Source of the DNA: Candidatus Omnitrophota bacterium
Lineage (GTDB): Bacteria > Omnitrophota > Gorgyraeia > 1-14-0-20-64-10
Direction: 5' to 3'
Assembly: GCA_016201735.1 (NCBI GenBank)
Contig: JACQCH010000002.1
Coordinates: 1 to 62,928, forward strand
DNA: 62,928 nucleotides
Shown here in pieces: positions 40,577-48,106 of the stretch. Both the position numbers and the translations under genes were made by a program. Every line of letters begins with the position of its first letter. Position 1 is the first letter of the stretch. The notes beneath the pieces were generated by a model, which saw only the letters and a program-made list of their open reading frames with translations, did not search any database and was not told where the DNA came from.

Positions 40577-41749
40577 TCCCGCTCCAACCGTCCGACCGCC
40601 TTCACGAATGGCGAAGCGGACCGTCTTCTCCATCGCGATGGGAGAGATGAGCTCTACCTCGATGTTGGCGTTGTCTCCCGGCATCGTCATCTCCGTCCCC
40701 TTAGGAAGCGTCACCACCCCCGTCACATCGGTGGTGCGAAAATAAAACTGGGGCCGGTACCCGGTGAAGAACGGCGTATGGCGGCCCCCCTCTTCTTTCG
40801 TCAAGGCGTAAACCTCCGCCTTGAATTTCGTGTGCGGCGTGATGGAACCGGGCTTGGCCAGCACCATGCCCCGCTCCAGATCCTTCTTGTCGATTCCGCG
40901 CAGGAGGACGCCGACGTTGTCGCCGGCCTGCCCATCATCGAGCAGCTTCCGGAACATCTCGATCCCGGTCACCACCGACTTGGTCGGCTTCGGCCGAAGC
41001 CCCACGATCTCGATTTCATCGTTGACCTTCACCTGCCCCCGCTCGATTCGGCCCGTTCCGACGGTGCCGCGGCCGGTGATGGAAAAAACATCCTCCACCG
41101 CCATAAGGAACGGCTTGTCGATCTCACGCTTGGGGGTCGGGATGAAGTCGTCCACCGCCTTGACCAAATCCAGAATGGCCTTTTCTCCGTCCGCGTCCCC
41201 CTGGGCGGCCTTGGAAGCGGACCCCTTCACGATCGGGGTCTTATCGCCGGGGAAGCCGTATTTCGTCAACAGTTCCCGAACCTCCAACTCGACCAGATCC
41301 AGAAGTTCCTTATCCTCGACGAGATCCACCTTGTTCAAGAAAACGACGATGGCAGGAACCCCGACCTGGCGGGCGAGCAGGATGTGCTCCCGGGTCTGGG
41401 GCATCGGGCCGTCCGGGGCGCTGACCACAAGAATGGCGCCATCCATCTGGGCGGCGCCAGTGATCATGTTCTTGATGTAGTCGGCATGGCCCGGACAATC
41501 CACGTGGGCGTAATGACGGGCGTCCGTTTCATATTCCACATGGGCGATGTTGACGGTCAAGATCTTGCTCTGGTCCCGAACCACGCCCCCCTTGGCAATG
41601 TCGGCATATTCCCGAACCGTTGCGTGTCCCTTCTTGGAAAGGACCTTGGTGATGGCGCTGGTTAAAGTGGTCTTGCCGTGATCGACGTGGCCGATGGTCC
41701 CAACGTTGATGTGCGGTTTCTTCCGTTCAAATTTCTCCTTAGCAGCCAT
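40553..41749 (-). CDS. tuf: Elongation factor Tu
   Basis: 398 aa; [13 protein letters not shown] and DCPGHADY motifs. Confidence 0.98.
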   Translation of the reverse strand: MAAKEKFERKKPHINVGTIGHVDHGKTTLTSAITKVLSKKGHATVREYADIAKGGVVRDQSKILTVNIAHVEYETDARHYAHVDCPGHADYIKNMITGAAQMDGAILVVSAPDGPMPQTREHILLARQVGVPAIVVFLNKVDLVEDKELLDLVELEVRELLTKYGFPGDKTPIVKGSASKAAQGDADGEKAILDLVKAVDDFIPTPKREIDKPFLMAVEDVFSITGRGTVGTGRIERGQVKVNDEIEIVGLRPKPTKSVVTGIEMFRKLLDDGQAGDNVGVLLRGIDKKDLERGMVLAKPGSITPHTKFKAEVYALTKEEGGRHTPFFTGYRPQFYFRTTDVTGVVTLPKGTEMTMPGDNANIEVELISPIAMEKTVRFAIREGGRTVGAGVVSEIIA

Positions 41750-41808
41750 TGTCCCTTTTCTCCTCTACAAACGGGTAAGATTTGAAGACGGGAGACACGC
41801 TCCCTTCA

Positions 41809-41882
41809 AGCTGGAGACGGGAATCGAACCCGTGACCCCGTCCTTACCAAGGACGTGCTCTACCAAACTGAGCTACTCCAGC
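41809..41882 (-). tRNA. tRNA-Thr (GGT)
   Basis: Hand-folded: GCTGGAG acceptor, anticodon loop TTGGTAA, T-loop TTCGATT, 74 nt. Confidence 0.9.
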
Positions 41883-41942
41883 AACCCCTCTGCTGGCACT
41901 CGACATAAAAGATCTCTCTTCTTAAGAGGTACAAAACTCTTT

Positions 41943-41970
41943 ATTCTAATGGGATAGGTAAAAAAGTCAA
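41943..41970 (-). promoter_or_regulatory. Putative sigma70-type promoter for tRNA-Thr-tuf
   Basis: RNA-sense TTGACT, 16 nt, then TAGAAT. An A/T-rich UP-like stretch lies just upstream. About 55 nt before the tRNA. Confidence 0.5.
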
Positions 41971-42001
41971 GAAAAATATTACAAATGTGGCATCCTGGGC
42001 C

Positions 42002-42222
42002 GGCCACGGGTCCTGGCGTGGGGCGGCCCCGCATCCGGCATCGGGCCTTGTTCGGATGGGTTGTTCACATATACCATGTCAGAGCAAAGGCAGGTGACCA
42101 AACCCAACAGGCCTCTCCATGGAAAGTCGTACAGTTCAGCATGGGTTTCCATTCGGTCAGGGCTTGGCCTCACACGTCGGTCCTGCTGGCGTCTGCGGGG
42201 CCGCCCCACGCCACCCGTGGCC
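42002..42222. repeat. Long imperfect hairpin element R2 (between tRNA-Gly and the tuf promoter)
   Basis: GGCCACGGGTCCTGGCGTGGGGCGGCCCCGCA pairs with TGCGGGGCCGCCCCACGCC-ACCCGTGGCC. The internal arms also pair. Homologous to 681..891. Confidence 0.7.
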
Positions 42223-42296
42223 TCACCGATTTCCTGTGGCCGTTCGCCCTGAGCTTTTGTCGAAGGGCGAACGGGCGGTCTTGTTTTCCAGAGGAA

Positions 42297-42367
42297 AGCG
42301 GGCGACGGGAATCGAACCCGTATCTCCTCCTTGGAAGGGAGGAGCTCTACCACTGAGCTACACCCGC
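42297..42367 (-). tRNA. tRNA-Gly (TCC)
   Basis: Hand-folded: GCGGGTG acceptor, anticodon loop CTTCCAA, 71 nt. Confidence 0.9.
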
Positions 42368-42557
42368 AAAAAATCAACGGCTTCAAAACAATAATTGTTT
42401 TCTCCCTCGGCTTCCAAGAGGAAACAGCGGTCTACCCAATCGCCCCCAAGCAGACATCCGCTCTTAATGTCCAACTAGAAGACCAGCTATAAGAGAGCCG
42501 ACTATTGAAATAGCCAGCCCGATAAAAAGTCCCCATTTCAGCCGGTTTCTCGAAGAT

Positions 42558-43331
42558 TCAAAACGCTGATACTTCTCGATTCCGTCTCCCCAACAAAAAA
42601 AACGAACGACATACAAATTCAATGAGCCGAGCGATTGGCCTCATTTCGACGAACACAATCAACATCCCCATTCCAAATAGGATGGCTGGAAAAAACCATC
42701 GATTCACCGCCTCGCGCCCCAACAATAGGTTTTGTGCTAACAAACGAACTAGATCTTCCGTGTTCGCTTTTTCGATTACAGCCTCGGAAACAACGGATTT
42801 CCGCATAGACATTGTAAACAACGAGACTGAAACGGAAAAAAATACCATACCGACCCCAAGATCGATTACTTTGGGAATCTTAAGGGGAAGCCGCCCCCGC
42901 TGCAATATCCGCTTAATTTGTGTCTCCAGATCATCCGAAAATAGAGAGCACCAGTCCCGTGATTCATAAGTAAGAGTAAAACCAATCGGCCCGAATCTTT
43001 TTAAATTCTCTCTGTCAGAATTGAATCTTAAGAATGCGTAAAATCTCTTCCGAACCGAATCATTCCCATCCGGGCGCTCTAATATGACGACTAAACCAGT
43101 TATTTCGTTCCCAAAAGAGTTCTCGTCTTGGAAAACCTCCTCCAGATCCTTTGTCTCGTAAAATGATTGATCCTCATGCTCTACACGGAGTATGAAGGTG
43201 GGTTCTATTCCCGTCTCTTCTTTTATTTTGGTTCCAAACCTTCGAAAAACATCTACGATTTTTCGAAGGTTATCCTCCTTTAATATGAAATGCTGTTCAA
43301 AATTCTTGTGCCTACCAGCTCTATTTTCCAT
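42558..43331 (-). CDS. Hypothetical protein, soluble N-domain plus two or three C-terminal TM helices
   Basis: 257-aa ORF in a visibly AT-richer stretch. No motif I recognise. Confidence 0.55.
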   Translation of the reverse strand: MENRAGRHKNFEQHFILKEDNLRKIVDVFRRFGTKIKEETGIEPTFILRVEHEDQSFYETKDLEEVFQDENSFGNEITGLVVILERPDGNDSVRKRFYAFLRFNSDRENLKRFGPIGFTLTYESRDWCSLFSDDLETQIKRILQRGRLPLKIPKVIDLGVGMVFFSVSVSLFTMSMRKSVVSEAVIEKANTEDLVRLLAQNLLLGREAVNRWFFPAILFGMGMLIVFVEMRPIARLIEFVCRSFFLLGRRNREVSAF

Positions 43332-43367
43332 TTCAAACCTCTCTCTAATTCATTCTTGATTAAATTA

Positions 43368-43452
43368 TGGGCAGGAGAGGATTCGAACCTCTGTAGACCT
43401 CTCGATCATCAGGTTTACAGCCTGACCCCTTTAGCCACTTGGGTACCTGCCC
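43368..43452 (-). tRNA. tRNA-Tyr (GTA), class II with a long variable arm
   Basis: Hand-folded: GGGCAGG acceptor, anticodon loop CTGTAAA, 85 nt. Confidence 0.9.
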
Positions 43453-44110
43453 GAATCAATGTGCCGGCTTCTTGCTCAATCCAAGAGAGAATTTGTTGAA
43501 GTAACCGTTTGTCACTGTACCGAATATGAAACACGCCGTTGGGTAATACCTTCTGCCTAACTCGGCCAGATCGAAATCTGCTGATATAGGGTTTGAAGAA
43601 TTGCGATTCGGGAATCCGAGTTAACTCACTCCAATACCGACGAATATGATCGACATTCTGTCCTTCATAAATGTAGAGGAAAGCACGCAGGCGCGACTCT
43701 GAAACGCCGCAGATTTCTCTCAGGAATCTTAGAAAAACTAAAATAACCTTCGGATCAGTATTGGCGAGATCGACCGTATGGTGCTGCTTCGCGCCCTCAC
43801 CCCAATAAAGCATCAGGCCGGCCGTTTTAAGGCGCCTTTGGGCCTGAGATAACTCTTTGCGTAGTATAAAAGCCGGTTTATCACGATAAACCAGATAATT
43901 GCTCTCGCTCCGGGTTCGACGGGAAATACCGTGCTTGCGCATTAACTCGTACAGGACGTGTTTGTTAATCTTTGAGATCTTAGAAATCTCTGGGATGGAA
44001 CGTTGCTCCTGCCAATACCGCTTCCGAAGTTCTTCGGGAGTAATGGCATCCCGAAGAATCCATCCGCGGTAAACTTCTAGCTGGTCCCAGGCGTAACGAT
44101 TGGAGATCAT
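43415..44110 (-). CDS. Putative HTH plus LAGLIDADG-like (homing-endonuclease-like) protein
   Basis: ORF trimmed to the ATG at 44110. AGLMLYWGEGAK resembles a LAGLIDADG-type motif, and an N-terminal helix-turn-helix-like segment is present. AT-rich. The 3' end overlaps tRNA-Tyr by 38 nt. Assignment is from memory only. Confidence 0.4.
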   Translation of the reverse strand: MISNRYAWDQLEVYRGWILRDAITPEELRKRYWQEQRSIPEISKISKINKHVLYELMRKHGISRRTRSESNYLVYRDKPAFILRKELSQAQRRLKTAGLMLYWGEGAKQHHTVDLANTDPKVILVFLRFLREICGVSESRLRAFLYIYEGQNVDHIRRYWSELTRIPESQFFKPYISRFRSGRVRQKVLPNGVFHIRYSDKRLLQQILSWIEQEAGTLIRAGTQVAKGVRL

Positions 44111-44167
44111 CTTAGAATTTTCATCTCGATAGTACCCGTATTGTACGAAGAGAAACAACGGATGACA

Positions 44168-44239
44168 AGCTGGCGAGAGGAATTGAACCTCCAACGTCCT
44201 GTTTACAAAACAGGTGCTCTGCCGTTGAGCTACGCCAGC
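44168..44239 (-). tRNA. tRNA-Thr (TGT)
   Basis: Hand-folded: GCTGGCG acceptor, anticodon loop TTTGTAA, T-loop TTCAATT, 72 nt. Confidence 0.9.
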
Positions 44240-44266
44240 AAAAACAGATCCCTTGAATCGAAAGAA

Positions 44267-45172
44267 TTAGCGCTTCGCCGCGCGATGAAAGGCGGCGGGG
44301 ATGGAATCCAGCACGTCGGAGGCGATGAGCCCGACCTGGCCGACTTTGGCAGCGGCCAAATCGCCGGCCAGTCCGTGCAGGTAAACGCCCGCTTCGGCCG
44401 CCGAAAACGGATCCAGCCCCTGAGCGATCAACGCGGCGATCATCCCGGTTAAGAGATCTCCTGTCCCAGCGGTCGCCATCCCGGGATTGCCGGTCTTATT
44501 CACGACCGTCTTCCCCGCCGGCGAGGCCACGACGGTCCGATGCCCTTTCAAAACCACCGTCACCTTGAGTTCCTTCGCAACCTTCCTGGCGATCTCCAGC
44601 CGATCTCTCTGGACCGTCTGCACCGTCACCCCGAGCAGTTCCGCCATCTCTCCCGGGTGAGGAGTGATCACCAAACTCCCCTTCGCGCGGCCAAGTTTCT
44701 TCCGGGCCGCTCCGGCGAAGGCGCCGATCCCGTCGGCGTCCAGCACGATCGGAAGATCCACGGTCTCCACCAAATGCTGGACCGCTTTCACCGCAGAGGG
44801 CTCACGGGAAACACCGGGGCCGAGCGCCAGGACATCGGCCTTGAGAAGCAGGGAGGCCAACCGCTCTACAGAATGGGGGCTTAAAGTCCCCGTGGGAGAT
44901 TCCGGGAGAGGATGAACCATCACTTCCGTTGACTGAGAGGCAACGATAAAGTAGACCGACTCCGGCACCGCCAGTGTGACCAGCCCCGCGCCGGCCCGAA
45001 GCGCGGCTTGGGCGCACAGAACCGGCGCTCCCGTGAGGCCGATGGAACCGGCGACGACGAGAACGTGGCCGTAATCCCCTTTATGGGTATCGGGGCGGCG
45101 GGAGAGAAACAACGGAGGAATTAAAGAGCGAGATTTCTCGGCCTGACGGTCTCGAAATGACGACGAGGTCAT
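44267..45172 (-). CDS. nnrD: ADP-dependent NAD(P)H-hydrate dehydratase (YjeF C-terminal domain)
   Basis: Trimmed to the ATG at 45172 (ATGA overlap with acpS). HKGDYGHVLVVAGS and GNPGMATAGTGDLLTG motifs. Confidence 0.85.
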   Translation of the reverse strand: MTSSSFRDRQAEKSRSLIPPLFLSRRPDTHKGDYGHVLVVAGSIGLTGAPVLCAQAALRAGAGLVTLAVPESVYFIVASQSTEVMVHPLPESPTGTLSPHSVERLASLLLKADVLALGPGVSREPSAVKAVQHLVETVDLPIVLDADGIGAFAGAARKKLGRAKGSLVITPHPGEMAELLGVTVQTVQRDRLEIARKVAKELKVTVVLKGHRTVVASPAGKTVVNKTGNPGMATAGTGDLLTGMIAALIAQGLDPFSAAEAGVYLHGLAGDLAAAKVGQVGLIASDVLDSIPAAFHRAAKR

Positions 45173-45552
45173 TCGGACTTTCCGGGAGCAACGACCAGAG
45201 CCGTGGCGATCGCGTGCTCTGCCGTGTGCGTCATGGAAAGATGGACTTCGAGCCCCACCCAACGGCGCATCGACCGGTGAAAGACCACCTTCGGCTGACC
45301 GGCGGGGGTGCGGGAGATTTCCAAGTCGTGCCATTCCAAACCAAGCCCCTTAGGAGCCCCCAGCGCCTTAACTACCGCCTCCTTCGCCGCGAAACGGACC
45401 GCCAGATGCTGGGCCGCGGTCTTGCGGCCGCGGGCATACTCCAATTCCGACGGGGTAAAAATCCGATTCAAGAAAACGGCTCCCCACCGCTGGACCGCCT
45501 GATGGAAGCGGGGCACCTCGACCAGATCCACACCTGTCCCCACAATCTTCAT
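45169..45552 (-). CDS. acpS: Holo-[acyl-carrier-protein] synthase
   Basis: 127 aa; GTGVDLVEV and FAAKEAVVKALG motifs. Confidence 0.9.
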   Translation of the reverse strand: MKIVGTGVDLVEVPRFHQAVQRWGAVFLNRIFTPSELEYARGRKTAAQHLAVRFAAKEAVVKALGAPKGLGLEWHDLEISRTPAGQPKVVFHRSMRRWVGLEVHLSMTHTAEHAIATALVVAPGKSE

Positions 45553-46271
45553 GGTTCACCTCTCACCAACCGGGCCATTTCCCGGACCGCTTGATGGAAC
45601 CCAACCTCGATCGCTCTGGCCACAATCGAGAAGCCGATGTTGAACTCCTCGATCTCCCGGATCTCCACAACCCGGGACACATTACGATAATCCAATCCGT
45701 GACCGGCCGCAACCCGCAAGCCGGCCCCACTGGCCAGCCGGGCCGCTTCCTCCAACCCGGACAGCGCTTCCGCTATATGGGATCTGCTCCGGGCCTGGGC
45801 GTACCGCCCCGTGTGAAGTTCCACCATCGGGACTCCCAGTTCGGCCGCCCGCTCCACCTGCGATGGGTCGGGATCGACGAAGAGGCTGACCCGGATCCCG
45901 GCGTCCTTTAATCGGCAGATCGCGCGCGAGAATCTGGCACGACCGCGGCGCAGATCCAATCCCCCCTCGGTGGTCAGCTCGCGCCTGCGTTCCGGAACTA
46001 AAGTGGCCTGGGCCGGTTTGAGCCGGCAGGCGATCCGGACGATCTCCGGGTCGATCGCCATCTCAAGGTTGAGTGGGGTCCGAAGGATTTCTTTGAAAGC
46101 GGCCAGGTCCCGATCTTGGATGTGCCGGCGGTCCTCCCGCAGATGACAGACGATCCCATCACAGCCGGCCTGCTCCGCAGTGAGGGCCGCCAGGATCGGA
46201 CTGGGATCTTCCCCTCTCCGGGCCTGCCGCAGCGTCGCCACATGGTCGACATTAACCCCAAGGCGGGCCAT
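45549..46271 (-). CDS. pdxJ: Pyridoxine 5'-phosphate synthase
   Basis: 240 aa; LGVNVDHVATLRQAR and HLREDRRHI motifs. Confidence 0.93.
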   Translation of the reverse strand: MARLGVNVDHVATLRQARRGEDPSPILAALTAEQAGCDGIVCHLREDRRHIQDRDLAAFKEILRTPLNLEMAIDPEIVRIACRLKPAQATLVPERRRELTTEGGLDLRRGRARFSRAICRLKDAGIRVSLFVDPDPSQVERAAELGVPMVELHTGRYAQARSRSHIAEALSGLEEAARLASGAGLRVAAGHGLDYRNVSRVVEIREIEEFNIGFSIVARAIEVGFHQAVREMARLVRGEP

Positions 46272-46370
46272 CTAGAAATGGAGGGATCGGCGGACCGCGA
46301 TCCAGGTGGCCACGGCCAGAGCCAACGCGATCAGCCGCAGCCACGACCGACGGCTCAGCCAGTCCTTCAC
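46272..46370 (-). CDS. Possible 32-aa single-TM peptide, tightly coupled between cdaA and pdxJ
   Basis: GTG overlaps the cdaA stop (GTGA) and TAG abuts the pdxJ ATG. Translation is VKDWLSRRSWLRLIALALAVATWIAVRRSLHF, which resembles only the N-terminal anchor of CdaR/YbbR. Confidence 0.3.
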   Translation of the reverse strand: MKDWLSRRSWLRLIALALAVATWIAVRRSLHF

Positions 46371-47143
46371 CCCGTCCTCCGGCCTGAGGGAGAATCCGCC
46401 GCTCCATCGTAAAGGATCCTCGCTAGGTCTTCCCTCTCTAAGTCCTTGGTCAATTTTCCCTTCACCGCCATCGAGATCGTCCCGGTCTCTTCCGAGACAA
46501 CGATCACCAGCGCGTCAGTCTCCTCGCTTAAACCCAGCGCCGCCCGGTGCCGGGTGCCCATCGTCTTGGAAAGCTGGGGGTTCTCGCTCAACGGAAAGAG
46601 GCAGGCCGCCGCGGCCAGCCGCCGCTGGGAAATCACCACCCCGCCGTCGTGCAGGGGAGTCCCTGTCATGAAGAGGGTCTGGAGAAGTTCGCTCGAGATC
46701 GCCGCGTCCATGGTGACGCCGCTTTCCGCGTACGAGGCCAGAGACGTTTGCTGCTCAATGGCAAGGATCGCCCCGATCCGCCGGCGGGAAAGGGCCAGCA
46801 TCCCTTTGATGATCTCCTCCACCACTTCCTCACGGCGGGGGGCCAGCCGGAAAATCGTTTCCCCGCCGATCCGGGCCAGTCCTCGGCGCAGTTCCGGATG
46901 AAAGATGACGATGAACGCAACCGCGATGACGGTCGCCAGCTTCTCGAAAAGCCAGGCGATCACCTCGAACTGAAGCAGTCCCGCCACCAGGGCCACCAGG
47001 AGCAGGACCACCACCCCGCGCAAAACTTGGATGGCCATGGTCCCCTGGATGAAAACAAGAACCCAATAATAAAAGGCCCAGAGGATCCCGATCTCCAACA
47101 GGGCCCGGACCAGGTCCCATGTCCCCAGAAAGAATCCGCTCAC
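46367..47143 (-). CDS. cdaA: Diadenylate cyclase CdaA (DisA_N domain, 3 N-terminal TM helices)
   Basis: 258 aa with GTG start made by MITE copy D. TPLHDGGVVI and GTRHRAALG motifs. Confidence 0.9.
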   Translation of the reverse strand: MSGFFLGTWDLVRALLEIGILWAFYYWVLVFIQGTMAIQVLRGVVVLLLVALVAGLLQFEVIAWLFEKLATVIAVAFIVIFHPELRRGLARIGGETIFRLAPRREEVVEEIIKGMLALSRRRIGAILAIEQQTSLASYAESGVTMDAAISSELLQTLFMTGTPLHDGGVVISQRRLAAAACLFPLSENPQLSKTMGTRHRAALGLSEETDALVIVVSEETGTISMAVKGKLTKDLEREDLARILYDGAADSPSGRRTG

Positions 47144-47290
47144 CCCGCCCCTCCGGAGTGCCCCTGTCCTCTGGGTCTGCTATTCTGTGATATCACCCGA
47201 ATACCTCCAGCAGTCTGGTTGCATCCCGGCTGAGAGGACAGGGGCACTGTGCCCAAGGCACAGATGCCCTCGGCCCATCCTTCCACCCAG
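47143..47290. mobile_element. Family-1 MITE copy D, one-ended/variant (between folP and cdaA)
   Basis: TIR at 47143-56 with TCA at 47140-42. Core GCCGAGGGCATCTGTGCCTTGGGCACAG is present. It has a different long hairpin, AGTGCCCCTGTCCTCT/AGAGGACAGGGGCACT. The far TIR is absent. Confidence 0.7.
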
Positions 47291-47293
47291 TCA

Positions 47294-48100
47294 TCATGCA
47301 TCAAGCCGGGCCGCTTGACGCATCAGAGCCACATCATGGACGCGGACAATGTCCGCCCCGCCCCAGACCGATAAGGCGACCGCCGCCGCCGTCCCCATGA
47401 GACGGCCTTCCACCGGAGCTCCGGTCGCATGCCCAATGAATGATTTTCGGGAAGGCCCGACGACCAGCGGAAGCTCGAGCATCGCTTTAAAGGCAGAGAG
47501 GGATTTAAGCAGCGTTAGGTTGTCTTGCCAACGCTTGCCGAACCCAAGCCCCGGATCGACGAGGATCTTCGCCCTTGGGATTCCGGCAGCCTTGGCCTTC
47601 TCGATCGAGCGCTTCAAGTCCGAGACGATCTCCGGGATTAATCGGCGATAACGGGGATTCCGCTGCATGGTCTGAGGGACCCCCCGCATATGCATCAGGA
47701 TCACCGGAACCTTGGCCGTGGCAACCACCTGCGGCATCTTGGGATCCCGCAGGGCCGTCACATCGTTGACGAGACTGGCGCCGACTCCAAGCGCCGCCCG
47801 CGCCACAGAGGCCTTGTACGTATCCACAGAGATCGGGATCTTCAGCCGGCCGACCAATCTCTCCAAGACCGGCAGGATCCGCCGGAGTTCCTCCTCCGCA
47901 GAGATCGGTCTTGCTCCGGGCCGGGTAGATTCTCCGCCCAGATCAATCAGATCCGCCCCTTCCTCCTGCATCTGAAGAGCCCGGGCCGCCGCCTGGCGGG
48001 GATGAGTGAAACGCCCTCCGTCGCTGAAGGAGTCGGGCGTCACATTGAGGATTCCCATGATCAAAGCCCGCTGACCCAGGGGAAGCCGGAAAGGAACCAC
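47294..48100 (-). CDS. folP: Dihydropteroate synthase
   Basis: 268 aa; GILNVTPDSFSDGG motif. Confidence 0.94.
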   Translation of the reverse strand: MVPFRLPLGQRALIMGILNVTPDSFSDGGRFTHPRQAAARALQMQEEGADLIDLGGESTRPGARPISAEEELRRILPVLERLVGRLKIPISVDTYKASVARAALGVGASLVNDVTALRDPKMPQVVATAKVPVILMHMRGVPQTMQRNPRYRRLIPEIVSDLKRSIEKAKAAGIPRAKILVDPGLGFGKRWQDNLTLLKSLSAFKAMLELPLVVGPSRKSFIGHATGAPVEGRLMGTAAAVALSVWGGADIVRVHDVALMRQAARLDA

Positions 48101-48106
48101 TGAAAC

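Noticed and set aside
41979-42386. 135-aa minus-strand ORF spanning the R2 hairpin and tRNA-Gly. Similar ORFs overlap tRNA-Trp (40152..40376) and the CAT tRNA (51109..51443).
   Set aside because: They overlap well-folded tRNA genes and repeat elements, and they have non-coding-like composition.
42400-42557. Short frame encoding a TM helix (..KWGLFIGLAISIVGSLIAGLLVGH) downstream of the 257-aa ORF
   Set aside because: There is no ATG/GTG/TTG start in frame nearby. It could be a frameshifted tail of the upstream ORF, but I cannot support that from the sequence alone.
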